This document shows positions 18,831-28,526 of a stretch of 64,000 bases of DNA, piece after piece. Where the stretch lies: NCBI GenBank assembly GCA_965261395.1, contig OZ253462.1, forward strand, positions 3,488,001 to 3,552,000. Reading direction: 5' to 3'. This DNA is from Candidatus Latescibacterota bacterium. GTDB taxonomy: Bacteria > Latescibacterota > UBA2968 > UBA8231. The translations under genes were made by a program, and so were the position numbers. The number at the start of each line of letters is the position of its first letter. Within the stretch, counting starts at the first letter, position 1. Below the pieces are notes generated by a model. That model was not told the origin of the DNA. It did not search any database and worked only from the letters and a program-made list of their open reading frames with translations.

Positions 18831-20018
18831 TTATTCTCTGCCGGGCGGATCGCCGAGGTCGGGTATTGGGAGGAGGGCACCTCCCTGGAGGGCGGACTCG
18901 TGGGCGACGAGGCCGGGGAGCATGTAGCGGGCTGCGTCCCAGGCGTTGTTGGGTGGAAGCTGGCCGCTGGCGCAGGCGGTGACGAAGTCGTGGACGAGGA
19001 ACTGATGCGCGCCCGCGTGGCCATTGGGCAGGCCGGCGAACTCGCGCGGCAGGCGCTCGACCGGGTGAACGGCCGATGCGCCGAGGTGGGTGCCGTCGGC
19101 CGCGGTGACTTTATCCATGGGATCGTCGGCTTGGAGCGGCTGGCCGGTGCAGGCTAGGAGCTGATCTAGGTTTTCTTGTTGGGCGTGGTCCTTGGTCAGC
19201 CAACGGGCACCGCTGGCGGATTGCTCGAAGCAGCCTTCGGTACCTTGGAGGATCATCTGCACGCAGCCGGGGTGGCCGATGCGGCGGAATTCGTTGATGC
19301 GGCAGGCGCTGCCGTCGGACATCTTGTACAGGGCGCTCTGGTTGCTGAAGGGGTTTTGCCAGTCGTTGTGCGGGTAGATGCCGTCGGCGTGTTCGTCGCG
19401 GAAGCCTTGGCAGGAGACATGCGTCATATAGGCACCCGTAACGGAGATAATCTGACTCGTCGAATGGGTCGGGTAGTACATCGGCGGAATGCCAGCACTC
19501 GCCCGCCAATTTTCTCCGCCGCGCCAGCGCGCCACATCGTAGAGGCCGTGATCCCAGTCGTGGTAGTACTCGGCTTGGCCATAGACGATCTGGCCAAAAG
19601 CGCCACGGGCGTGCTGCTGGCGGCAGTAGAGCACGCCGGGATAGTAATAGCTGGTCTCGCCCAGCATGTACACCTTGCTACTGCGCGCGGCGGCTGCGAC
19701 CAAGTTTTCTATTTCCGCATAGCTGATGCCGGGGGGCACGGCTGAGTACACGTGTTTGCCGGCCTCTAGGGCTTGGACGGCTTGGGGGCCGTGGAGCCAG
19801 TTTTGGGTGAAGAGGCAAACGGCGTCTATGGACGAGTCGCAGAGCGCGTCGAGCGAGGGGCTTAGGTCGGTTATCGCGTGTTTGGCGGCGTTGCGTGCCA
19901 ACTTCTCGCCGTCCAAATCGCAGAGGACGACTTGGCCGACGAGGGGATGTGCTTTGAAGAGGGGAATAAAGCTCTGGGCGAAAGAGCCCGTGCCGACGAT
20001 GCCGATGCGTAAACTCAT
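18831..20018 (-). CDS. Gfo/Idh/MocA family oxidoreductase
   Basis: RIGIVGTGSFA, ALEAGKHVYSAVP, YMLGETSYY, AEYYHD, PPMYYPTHS. Confidence 0.9.
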   Translation of the reverse strand: MSLRIGIVGTGSFAQSFIPLFKAHPLVGQVVLCDLDGEKLARNAAKHAITDLSPSLDALCDSSIDAVCLFTQNWLHGPQAVQALEAGKHVYSAVPPGISYAEIENLVAAAARSSKVYMLGETSYYYPGVLYCRQQHARGAFGQIVYGQAEYYHDWDHGLYDVARWRGGENWRASAGIPPMYYPTHSTSQIISVTGAYMTHVSCQGFRDEHADGIYPHNDWQNPFSNQSALYKMSDGSACRINEFRRIGHPGCVQMILQGTEGCFEQSASGARWLTKDHAQQENLDQLLACTGQPLQADDPMDKVTAADGTHLGASAVHPVERLPREFAGLPNGHAGAHQFLVHDFVTACASGQLPPNNAWDAARYMLPGLVAHESALQGGALLPIPDLGDPPGRE

Positions 20019-20025
20019 GGGAGGC

Positions 20026-20054
20026 AAGGTATGGCGGGTGGATAGGTGGCGCAA
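20026..20054 (-). promoter_or_regulatory. Sigma70-type promoter, probably leaderless transcript
   Basis: Minus strand TTGCGC-N17-TACCTT-N7-ATG, no SD; spacing conserved in the copy near 9760-9788 (TTGCGC-N17-TACTTT-N7-ATG). Confidence 0.6.
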
Positions 20055-20161
20055 TAGGACGTTTAAGCGGTGGATGCGTTGAAATCTGTTGATTTGGCGT
20101 TGGCAAGGCCGTGCGCTATTTTGCAGCCGACCTATCCACTCTCTTGCCCGGCTAAAATCCC

Positions 20162-20989
20162 ATGTCCAGTCCCATTGCAGCAGGCCGGCCGTACTCGCCG
20201 GAAAAAACCCAGCGCATCATCGAGCAATTCAACCGCGACGGCTACTATCACTTGGGGTCCGTCCTCGCAGCCGACGAGGTCGAGGCCCTGCGCGAGGCCA
20301 TGGCGCGCAAAGTCGCCGATCCTCGCATCCTCAACGACCAAGCCGGCGACCACATCCGCGGCATCAGTCTCATGCGGATGTTTGAATACAGCGAGGCATT
20401 CCGCGACTTGGTCGTCCGCGAGCCATTTGCCAGCTTGGCCGAAGCCATTCTGGGCGACAACTGCCACCTCATGTCGCAAAACGCCCTGTACACCGAACCC
20501 GACTCTAGCAAAGTGCCCGACGGCCCCGGCGGCTGGCACCTCGATGACTTGATCCACTTTCCCCTGCCCGATGCGGTGGAACAGCACGACCCGCGCATCA
20601 CCATGCCCTGCTTTGTGCTGCAAATTTTCACCCCGGTCAGCGATGTAGAAAGCATTGAATACGGCCCCACGCAGGTCGTTCCCGGCAGCCATCGCGCCGG
20701 TCGTCGCCCCGCCTCCCAAGACGCGCCCACCTTTTGCGAGACTGGACCGGTTTCCTTGTTTGCCCGGGCTGGCGACGCTTATATGTTCAACAACCAGATC
20801 TGGCACCGGGGTGCCCCCAATGCCTCGGATCGCACGCGCTTCATGGCCGGAGCCACGTACAGCAAGCGCTTTATCTCCCAGCGTTTCTATCCCTTTATCG
20901 ACTACCGCATGCCGCCACACGTGCTGGAGGGCACCTCGCCCCGCCTGCAGCGCTTGCTCGGCCGCCACGAGAAAGGCTCCTACGGCTGA
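20162..20989 (+). CDS. Phytanoyl-CoA dioxygenase (PhyH) family protein
   Basis: FNRDGY, WHLDD, GPTQVVPGSH, AGDAYMFNNQIWHRG..N.S..TR. Confidence 0.92.
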   Translation: MSSPIAAGRPYSPEKTQRIIEQFNRDGYYHLGSVLAADEVEALREAMARKVADPRILNDQAGDHIRGISLMRMFEYSEAFRDLVVREPFASLAEAILGDNCHLMSQNALYTEPDSSKVPDGPGGWHLDDLIHFPLPDAVEQHDPRITMPCFVLQIFTPVSDVESIEYGPTQVVPGSHRAGRRPASQDAPTFCETGPVSLFARAGDAYMFNNQIWHRGAPNASDRTRFMAGATYSKRFISQRFYPFIDYRMPPHVLEGTSPRLQRLLGRHEKGSYG

Positions 20990-21087
20990 GGTCAGATTCC
21001 GCCCGCTCTCTGGCCACCTACCGCAGCACAACTGGGGAGACGAAGGAAGCCAGTCCATCGCCTACTCACCGGAACAAGGACTTCACC

Positions 21088-22083
21088 ATGAAATTTGGCA
21101 TCATCGGCTGCGGCTCCATAGCCGAGCACTCGTTTGGGCCGAGCCTGCTGGCTTCGGAACGGACCGACCTCGTCGCCGTCTGCCGTCGCGACCTCGAGGC
21201 AGCCAAGGCATTCGCGGCGCGATTCAGTGGCCCGCGCGCGTACGGCTCGGCGGCGGAGCTGGTGCGTGACGACCGGGTGGAGGCTGTCATCGTGTCGACG
21301 CCGGCCGATACCCATTGCGACTACACCTGCCTAGCGGCGGAGCACGGAAAGCACGTACTATGCGAGAAGCCGATGGCGAGAAACGCCGCCGAGTGTCGCG
21401 AAATGATCGCCACGTGCCGGGCTCACGGCGTGACCCTGGCGGTCGCCTACCGTCGGCGCACCTGTCCGCAAGTGGTCGCGGCCAAGCGGTTGATCGCCGC
21501 GGGCCGCATCGGCCGGGTCGTTTTCGCGCGTACCCATTACAGCGGGCGCTGGGATCCGGAAGCGGGGGATTGGCGGATCGAACCGGGCATCGGCGGCGCC
21601 CTGATGGAAATGGCGTCTCATCGCATCGAAGTGCTGTTGAACTTCGGCGGCCGGCCGCAGTCGGTGAGCGCTGTGGTCGACACGGTCGGTCACGACTGGC
21701 CCGTCGATGACACCAACGCCCTGATCGTGCGCTTCGAGGGTGGCGGGATCGGCATGCACTCGACGATCCTGACCTCGCCACCGCGTCGCGACTTTGCCCA
21801 GATCGACGGCGATGGCGGCAGGATACTGATTGACCCGCTGGAGTTGACAGCGGATCACCTGATTCTGGAGCTGCCCGATGGAACTGAGAGGATTGAGGTG
21901 GAGCCGCTGCAGGAGAAGCTATTCGATCTGCCGATGATCGAGGATTTCGCCGCCGCCGCAGAGCGCGGTGAAAAACCGGTCTGTGACGCGGAGAGCGGCT
22001 ACTGGGTGCAGGCGGTCGCCGACGCCGCCCGCGCCTCATCGAGTTCCGGTGTCGCGGTCGCCGTCGAACCGCTGGGCTCTTGA
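21088..22083 (+). CDS. Gfo/Idh/MocA family oxidoreductase
   Basis: MKFGIIGCGSIA, GKHVLCEKPMA, GGALMEMASH; AAGGA RBS. Confidence 0.92.
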   Translation: MKFGIIGCGSIAEHSFGPSLLASERTDLVAVCRRDLEAAKAFAARFSGPRAYGSAAELVRDDRVEAVIVSTPADTHCDYTCLAAEHGKHVLCEKPMARNAAECREMIATCRAHGVTLAVAYRRRTCPQVVAAKRLIAAGRIGRVVFARTHYSGRWDPEAGDWRIEPGIGGALMEMASHRIEVLLNFGGRPQSVSAVVDTVGHDWPVDDTNALIVRFEGGGIGMHSTILTSPPRRDFAQIDGDGGRILIDPLELTADHLILELPDGTERIEVEPLQEKLFDLPMIEDFAAAAERGEKPVCDAESGYWVQAVADAARASSSSGVAVAVEPLGS

Positions 22084-22145
22084 GGGTGCCTCGCCCCGTT
22101 TGCAGCGCTTGCTCGGCCGCCACGAGAAAGGTGCCTACGGCTGAG
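22082..22145 (+). repeat. Diverged duplicate of the PhyH gene 3' end (copy of 20927-20990)
   Basis: 6 differences in 64 bp (4 synonymous); includes the TGA stop; overlaps the stop codon of the inserted Gfo gene. Confidence 0.95.
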
Positions 22146-22151
22146 TGCGGG

Positions 22152-23255
22152 TTATTGGGTGGCGCGCACTTCGTCGGACCAATCCCGCCAGATGTCGCCG
22201 TTGGTGTTGTCCACTACTAGTGGATCGGGGAGGGATGCCGGCGTTTTGAGGAAACCGTAGATGGTCGCTTGGCGGATGACGTCGGCAGATAGATTTTGTC
22301 CGGCGATGTGCAAAATTTTGGTGTGCCACAAGACCACGGTGCCGGCGGGGCCGTGGCAATCGACGGGCTGGGTATCGACCTTGATGCGTTGGATGGCGGG
22401 GTCGTTGTAGCCGCCGACTTTGCGTTCCGCCAAGTGTTTGTCGGTATGCTTTTCGCCTTCTAGGAAAGCTTGCCACTGCTCGCGCCAGATTCGGCTGTGG
22501 CTGCCCGGCCACACTGTGAAGCCGCCGGAGTTGGGCGGTAGGTCGTCGGTGTAAGCCGACATTTGCAGCCGCCAGCGGCCGTAGCAGGCACCGTCGGAGT
22601 GGGCACCTCGGTAGTCGGGGCCAGGAGACGGGCTGTTGGGCAGGGTGCAATACAAGCCGCGCGTCCCCTGTCCGTTGAGCCATATCGGGCCGGTCTTGGG
22701 CAGGCGCAGTGCTTCCTCAGTGGTGAAGGACCCCTTCTCTGGCCACTTCTCGATCTCTTTGCCCAAGTGGCTGGCCAGCCCTCCCACCGCGTCGTCGCAC
22801 ATAAAGCACGGACCCGTCGTGATGCCAGCGTCATCCTCTCCAGCGGGCCACACCACCGTGCCCTCGCCAAGCAATTGCTCGGCGACTTGCCACAAGGCCC
22901 GAGGGGCCAAGTCGAGCATGAATTGTTCGGCACCGTTGCGGACATAGAAGCGGTGGCTGTTGCCGGCGAAATAGGGGTCGCCGCCGATATCGGGACGCTG
23001 TGCGTTTAGCGCGGTGCTTTCTTCCTCGGTAAGCGGGTCCCAGGTGGAGGGATCGTCCCGTTTTATGCGGGGCAGGTGGGTTGCAATCGCGGCCCACATT
23101 TCGTCCCTGGCCTGGCGGCAGAGGTCGGGGTCGAGCACGGCGGGGAGCACGAGGAAGCCGTCGCGCTTGAACTGGGCTATCTGGCTCGCGGTCAGGAGCG
23201 GGACTTGCTGCACGCTTGGGGTGGTTGGCGTTGGTTGCATATCAGGATTCACCAT
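22152..23255 (-). CDS. Phytanoyl-CoA dioxygenase (PhyH) family protein
   Basis: QFKRDGFLVL, AHSDG, GGFTVWPGSH, GTVVLWH..ILH.AGQN. Confidence 0.85.
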   Translation of the reverse strand: MVNPDMQPTPTTPSVQQVPLLTASQIAQFKRDGFLVLPAVLDPDLCRQARDEMWAAIATHLPRIKRDDPSTWDPLTEEESTALNAQRPDIGGDPYFAGNSHRFYVRNGAEQFMLDLAPRALWQVAEQLLGEGTVVWPAGEDDAGITTGPCFMCDDAVGGLASHLGKEIEKWPEKGSFTTEEALRLPKTGPIWLNGQGTRGLYCTLPNSPSPGPDYRGAHSDGACYGRWRLQMSAYTDDLPPNSGGFTVWPGSHSRIWREQWQAFLEGEKHTDKHLAERKVGGYNDPAIQRIKVDTQPVDCHGPAGTVVLWHTKILHIAGQNLSADVIRQATIYGFLKTPASLPDPLVVDNTNGDIWRDWSDEVRATQ

Positions 23256-23390
23256 GTTCCCTTGTTTTCAGATATGAAAATAAGAATGGGCTTAATTATC
23301 GTTCATGCTGGAATGCGCTAATAGCATAATAGGAATGGACGAATGAGGAAAGCTAAGAATGCCGACAAGAAAGGCGGTGTTATGACAGGC

Positions 23391-23418
23391 CCCGCTCTGG
23401 GAGAAATTCCGGAGCGGG
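23391..23418. terminator. GC-rich hairpin between the ThyX operon and phyH
   Basis: CCCGCTC...GAGCGGG stem; no clear U-tract. Confidence 0.35.
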
Positions 23419-23547
23419 AGCCTTAGTGTGCCTGCTGGCACAGCCGCCGATACCAAGTTATAGATGGGAGGTGTTTGAGGGGCTCCGGTTTGCCGATGAG
23501 AATTCAGCTACCGAAATACACCCTGATGCGAGGTGTATTCAGTATCA

Positions 23548-24495
23548 TCATTCTGAATCCTTGTCGTCCCTCCATGGTACCGGCAGACCAAGTTCGGTGA
23601 GCTTCACTTCCAATTCTTCCCTTTCTCTGTTTCGCTTCTGTCCCTTCTTATTCGGCGAGAGCCAGCCATTTTTGATCGCAAATCGGTTCGCTTCGTCTAG
23701 GTCGCCTTGTAATATTTGCTCAATTATCTCTTTATCGAGCCGTGTCAGGAACAGGGCATTGAGACGGTAATCAACGAATGCCTCCCAAGCGATCGGACAC
23801 CATCGAGCTACGATTTCATTCCCAATGATGTTCGCGTAGCCACGGATTTCTGTTTGTGCATGCGAATCCATTCTTAACGACAAGAAATGAAACAGATTAT
23901 GCAAATCTATCTTCCAGTACGCCTCTGTGTACGTCGAAAGAGGCAAGTCCTTTCGCGCTTGTTCTCGTGCAACACCCTTTTGAAGCCGTTCTTTGTATAC
24001 CTCTCTAGCTGCTCGTTGCAACTCATTTTCACGCTGAGTTAGATACTCACCTGTTTGACTGTCAAGGAAATCACCACTGCCCTGGCGATTCGTAGCACCC
24101 TGCTCACGCCATTGGTCACTCGATGTCTGTTGCGCGGCGTCGATTGCCTCAGAGTAACGCGTTGAGTACTCGTTCACGTTTGCAGTCCGGTGACGAATCC
24201 ATTGACGCCAACAATCCATGGGAACTCGGACATGAAGTTTAATCTCGCACATCTCAAATGGTGTAGTATGTCGATGACGCATTAAGTATCTGATGAGACC
24301 TCGGTCTTCATGAATCTTTTTCGTACCCTTTCCGTATGAGACACGGGCAGCTTGTACGATCGATTCGTCGGTTCCCATATAGTCGATAGCGCGAACAAAA
24401 CCATCGTCGAGAACTTTATATGGATTGCCGAGGATTTTATCTAGTTGAGCGGCATGAGGACGATGCGTCTTTTCAGCAGAATTTTCCATATTCAT
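23548..24495 (-). CDS. thyX: FAD-dependent thymidylate synthase
   Basis: IVQAARVSYG, LIRYLMRHRHTTPFE, RQWIRHRTANVNEYSTRYS (RHRx7S), GVAREQARKDLPLS, LHNLFHFLSLR...AQ.EIR; ATG 24495 overlaps the upstream TAA (TAATG). Confidence 0.95.
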   Translation of the reverse strand: MNMENSAEKTHRPHAAQLDKILGNPYKVLDDGFVRAIDYMGTDESIVQAARVSYGKGTKKIHEDRGLIRYLMRHRHTTPFEMCEIKLHVRVPMDCWRQWIRHRTANVNEYSTRYSEAIDAAQQTSSDQWREQGATNRQGSGDFLDSQTGEYLTQRENELQRAAREVYKERLQKGVAREQARKDLPLSTYTEAYWKIDLHNLFHFLSLRMDSHAQTEIRGYANIIGNEIVARWCPIAWEAFVDYRLNALFLTRLDKEIIEQILQGDLDEANRFAIKNGWLSPNKKGQKRNREREELEVKLTELGLPVPWRDDKDSE

Positions 24496-25463
24496 TATCC
24501 TCGCGGCAACTCCACCGTGTATTTCCAAATACGGGCTATGCCTCTGCTCGTGTTTTGGCTGTATCGTTCCTCAAATGGAAAAATGATGCTTGTTGCTGTA
24601 TTTCGGCGCTCTGTTACGTAATATAGAGCAAACCCAAGAACGTGTGCTTTCGTGGACAGTGGGCACAGATATAGATTAGTAATCCCTCTGCGAACGTTCC
24701 AATCATTGACCATACGACGCACTTCGCTAGCAGCAACGAAAGGGTCGTTTGCCGGTGCAAAAAAGGTACGAACCTCATCGTCAACTGTACCACCTAGAGA
24801 CTCTTCGGCCCTTCGTACACGAAGAACGTTCTCCTGATACATATCTGCACGCAACGACGGAAATCCAATCAATTGAAATTTCGTAGCCTTTGCTTTACTC
24901 TCCGCTACATGTGAGATCAGATTGTCTTCGTAGCCAGCACCAATTATTAATACATCTTTCCCGATATCATTTGTGTGGATTCCTTCGTAGCCTAAGACCT
25001 GTCGAACTTCCTTGACGACATCGCTAGAGAATTCGGTAAGTTCTCGCTTCTGGTATTGTATCGGTTCCGAATAAATGGCGTCGAATCTGGTGACACCCTT
25101 CTCTAACAGCCAAATCACAAGATATATAAGGTACGGTCGAATAAATCCTGAGATGTCGATACATATGCGTAAGTTCTGTGAGTCAGTCGGCAGAGTGTTC
25201 CAGAAATGAGCAATAAAAGTTGCTTCGTCGTCCGCAGCCTCATCGTACACTTTACCGCAAGGATATTCCGCAGTGGTGTAGCCGTACTCGGGAAAGATTA
25301 ACCAGTATTTATGCGTCGCGTTGACTTTATTGAATACGCATTTTGTTCGTTCGGCTGGTACGTAGGCTGAAATAAAGAGATCCCAGTTTTCCTGTGAACT
25401 CCACTCTCCAGAAACCGATAACTGACGTTTGTAAAAAATCGTGTAATCAGGATAGTTAGTCAT
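24495..25463 (-). CDS. Conserved-looking hypothetical protein, alpha/beta (Rossmann-like) segments
   Basis: 322-aa ORF overlapping both neighbours; IDISGF.RP, IYSEP..Y, LIIGAGYE, LCPLSTK. Confidence 0.8.
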   Translation of the reverse strand: MTNYPDYTIFYKRQLSVSGEWSSQENWDLFISAYVPAERTKCVFNKVNATHKYWLIFPEYGYTTAEYPCGKVYDEAADDEATFIAHFWNTLPTDSQNLRICIDISGFIRPYLIYLVIWLLEKGVTRFDAIYSEPIQYQKRELTEFSSDVVKEVRQVLGYEGIHTNDIGKDVLIIGAGYEDNLISHVAESKAKATKFQLIGFPSLRADMYQENVLRVRRAEESLGGTVDDEVRTFFAPANDPFVAASEVRRMVNDWNVRRGITNLYLCPLSTKAHVLGFALYYVTERRNTATSIIFPFEERYSQNTSRGIARIWKYTVELPRG

Positions 25464-27528
25464 CTTCCACTCCGAACAGCGTTCCCTGATTCTTACTCAC
25501 ATCATACTTTGTTTCTGGTCTTGTCCCAAAGAACGGTGCAGTCATTCTATCAATACGGGTTTTGAGTATCTGATCGAATTCGCTCGTGAAGGCTGGATCG
25601 AAGATGGCATTGAGTTCATCACCTGAAATGGCGAGCGTACCCCTGCGTATGAACGAAATGTCCCACCTTGGTGCAAGTATCCTGTTCATTTGGAATTTCA
25701 TATCTACACGCTCAGAGTTTCGGTCACGCTGTCCACCTACATTGACAAGCAACGACCATTTCTCGGCTAGGTCAATCAAACGCTGGGTATCGGCACTAAC
25801 AGATGCTTGTTCATAGCTGAAAGTAGATAAAGAGCATTCTGATGGTTTGTGCGAGTAGCGAATGCTGCGGAACAATGTACCTAATCGGTTGATTGCCTCC
25901 TGCACCAAATTTCCGTCCTTACCCTCCTTTATACGTGCATCACGAAAGAACCATTCTGCGGTTTCCCTAGCCCCCTCAGCTTGAGCTAAAACAGAAATTG
26001 GCTTTTCACCAAATGGATGTTCATCCTTAAACGCAGCCCACGCCATGACATGTTTAAGAAGGATCAGCAAGTGCCTTGGGTTTCCCCATGATAGCTCTAT
26101 GAAGGTATCGAAGCCAGCATATTGCTGTTTTCGGCGGCATTCACGTCGAAGTTGTGCGAGAAGATCATACTTCCAGTGAAGCAGCTTGCCATGATACTTC
26201 GTTCCTGTGTTTTCCTCTCTCAGATAAGTCTGGCAGTCAATGTGAATATTTTCGGCAGACTTTAAGAGATTACGGCGTGAACTCCATTGTTGATACAAGA
26301 TGAAACAATTAAGTTTTTCTAACAAAGGAAACTTCGGACATGACAGAAGGTCAACAACAGAGTCGATGTCACAGGAAGAAGTGATCCCTAGGGTTACCTT
26401 GGCCTTTAGTCCTTGCCGCATCACGTTCCGAAGTTTTTTGAAGTAGGGCCGTTCTCTATCGGAATATTTCTCAATTATAAACCGAGTTGAGCCCCCAGCA
26501 AGGCCATCCGTTGGATCCCTTTCAAAGGCTCTGGTCAGAAATTCGTGTGCTTCCTCATCGGTCTCCGGTGGATTGGCAAGGATGCCACGGGTATCTAAGC
26601 GACGAATAACAAGACGCCTAGCAAACGTAGCGTATTTTTCGTCATTTTCTCGTAAAGTTTTGTCGAGTATAAGTTGCTCGTACTCGGAGCCTTCTTTGTT
26701 GTTTTCATCTGCACAGAATGTTGAATAGGTCCTTATGCCGTAGAGCCGTGCACCAATCTTAAATGAGCACGGGTTCTGTTTTTCCCGGATCAACGTATTT
26801 ATAAGCTTCTGTTGGGACTCAGTCAGATTTTCAAATTCATCAACAAGGTAGACAAATAAAATGTTCTTCAGTTGTGAAAAGCGAGTCGATAGAACCTTTG
26901 GAATCCCGAAGATCAGTCTTCCGGGACTTACCCGAATTGTAATATCCAATACACCGGTAATGGCACAATTATTGACTTCAACATCGAGTTCTTTCTGCAA
27001 ATCTCGAAGATGCTGGCTAAAGTCATGAAGAGAACTCGGAAACTCACTAGCCGGCTCGTCAAACAGGTTCTCTAATTCAGCAATGATCGATGCTTCGCTA
27101 CCGTTGATATCGGCAGAGTTGCTAATAATCTCGCAGCATATATCAATAGTCATCTGTGAGAGCCAGAGTTCCATGTAGTAAGCAAAGACGTCCGCCCATG
27201 TATCTTCAGATTGTCTTTTTCCACGAAATCGAGTTGAGTTCAGGCCACTACAGCGCATATAGATTCCAATAAATCCTGCATCTCGAACACAGGCAGTCAG
27301 ATCCTCGGAATGACGCATCTTCTGCAGCGGAAACGAAAGATAGCGCATGATGTGCGTTTTCCCGCTTCCTTTACCGCCAAGAATAAGCATAGGCATTTCC
27401 AGGCGAGGTTGGATCAAATCCAGAAAGCCATCACCATAGGATAGGTCTACCCAATACTGCAATATCTGCTCATCTGTGAAATCGGCAGCTCTTGTCACGC
27501 TAAATGGGTTGTCAAGAAAATTATCCAT
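25456..27528 (-). CDS. P-loop NTPase (ORC/CDC6-like/STAND-like)
   Basis: N-terminal NPF...RA, Walker A GGKGSGKT, Walker B YLVDEFENL, GNPR sensor-like motif. Confidence 0.85.
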   Translation of the reverse strand: MDNFLDNPFSVTRAADFTDEQILQYWVDLSYGDGFLDLIQPRLEMPMLILGGKGSGKTHIMRYLSFPLQKMRHSEDLTACVRDAGFIGIYMRCSGLNSTRFRGKRQSEDTWADVFAYYMELWLSQMTIDICCEIISNSADINGSEASIIAELENLFDEPASEFPSSLHDFSQHLRDLQKELDVEVNNCAITGVLDITIRVSPGRLIFGIPKVLSTRFSQLKNILFVYLVDEFENLTESQQKLINTLIREKQNPCSFKIGARLYGIRTYSTFCADENNKEGSEYEQLILDKTLRENDEKYATFARRLVIRRLDTRGILANPPETDEEAHEFLTRAFERDPTDGLAGGSTRFIIEKYSDRERPYFKKLRNVMRQGLKAKVTLGITSSCDIDSVVDLLSCPKFPLLEKLNCFILYQQWSSRRNLLKSAENIHIDCQTYLREENTGTKYHGKLLHWKYDLLAQLRRECRRKQQYAGFDTFIELSWGNPRHLLILLKHVMAWAAFKDEHPFGEKPISVLAQAEGARETAEWFFRDARIKEGKDGNLVQEAINRLGTLFRSIRYSHKPSECSLSTFSYEQASVSADTQRLIDLAEKWSLLVNVGGQRDRNSERVDMKFQMNRILAPRWDISFIRRGTLAISGDELNAIFDPAFTSEFDQILKTRIDRMTAPFFGTRPETKYDVSKNQGTLFGVEDD

Positions 27529-27531
27529 ATA

Positions 27532-28512
27532 TCATTCCTTATATAGTTTTGGGTACCGCTTGAAGATAGGTGTCCACGGATTCCCATCAGATCCCTCACT
27601 CCAGATAATTGGCAGTGTGTTGTCTGGTGTATTATGTTGAAACCCAAGCAACAATTGGCAGTTGCCGTAACCAATCGGTGCATTCGGCTCAAGAGTATGA
27701 CCATATCTAAGGCACATCTGTTCAGCAAACTGCGCGTTGATATTGTTTGGCCAAGGCGAAGGAAAGTAGCGCGAGGAAGAAGAAAAACAACGAAAACTAT
27801 CATCGAGTTCGAATACACATCGAACTACGTCGAATTTCGTGTTATTACGGATGACATCCATACCTGTTGAAGTCGCACACAATACAAAGTACGAGATCTT
27901 GATATCTGGATTACACCTCTTGATTTCTTCGACAATGTCGGCTGAATAAACCTCGGCTTGATGTCCAGAGCCACAAAAATCATCTATAAAAACATAACGA
28001 TCAACATTTGGATTGCGAAACTTTAGCGTACTTACACAATGGTCGCTCCGATTAAAGATCATGGATTTGTTTTCGAATATATCGTTACTATGGATGAAGT
28101 GACTTTCGGGTAAGCTGTTTTCCTGTCGAAAATAGTATAGCAAATGAGGTCCACTTTCAGATGGACTTCCAACTCCAAGAAAAAGAGTTCTATTAAGAGT
28201 CTCTCGAAATTTTTGATTAATGAATTCAAGGTCAGTCGTGTGTCCGTTTTCCTCTCGAATCTGCTCAACAAGTGGGTATTTATAAAGATCGCGGAAAAGC
28301 ACTCGCATGAGTTCACGCATTTGGCGACTGCCGAAGTACATAAACTGCGATAGTAAATAGAGGGCGTGCAATTTGCACTCGTCTTCCGTCCCATTCGCCG
28401 GAGTGCTAAAATTGGCCAGCCAGTCTTCGATTTGTGGCTGCCTAGCTTCACGATCCCATATCGTCTCACTGAAAATCTTGATCTTGGTAAATAACTTATC
28501 TGAAAGAGACAT
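27532..28512 (-). CDS. Phosphoribosyltransferase-like protein (PRTase-CE-like)
   Basis: PRPP-binding loop YVFIDDFCGSGHQ; SESGPHLLYYFRQ; C-terminal PIGYG..QLL..F.HNTPDNTLPIIW. Confidence 0.8.
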   Translation of the reverse strand: MSLSDKLFTKIKIFSETIWDREARQPQIEDWLANFSTPANGTEDECKLHALYLLSQFMYFGSRQMRELMRVLFRDLYKYPLVEQIREENGHTTDLEFINQKFRETLNRTLFLGVGSPSESGPHLLYYFRQENSLPESHFIHSNDIFENKSMIFNRSDHCVSTLKFRNPNVDRYVFIDDFCGSGHQAEVYSADIVEEIKRCNPDIKISYFVLCATSTGMDVIRNNTKFDVVRCVFELDDSFRCFSSSSRYFPSPWPNNINAQFAEQMCLRYGHTLEPNAPIGYGNCQLLLGFQHNTPDNTLPIIWSEGSDGNPWTPIFKRYPKLYKE

Positions 28513-28526
28513 ACACTATTGCCCTT

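Noticed and set aside
17516-19024. 502-aa ORF as listed
   Set aside because: The N-terminal extension overlaps the Gfo gene in another frame; the real start is probably ATG 18826
20734-21087. N-terminal extension of the 449-aa ORF
   Set aside because: Overlaps phyH; the RBS and Rossmann motif place the start at 21088
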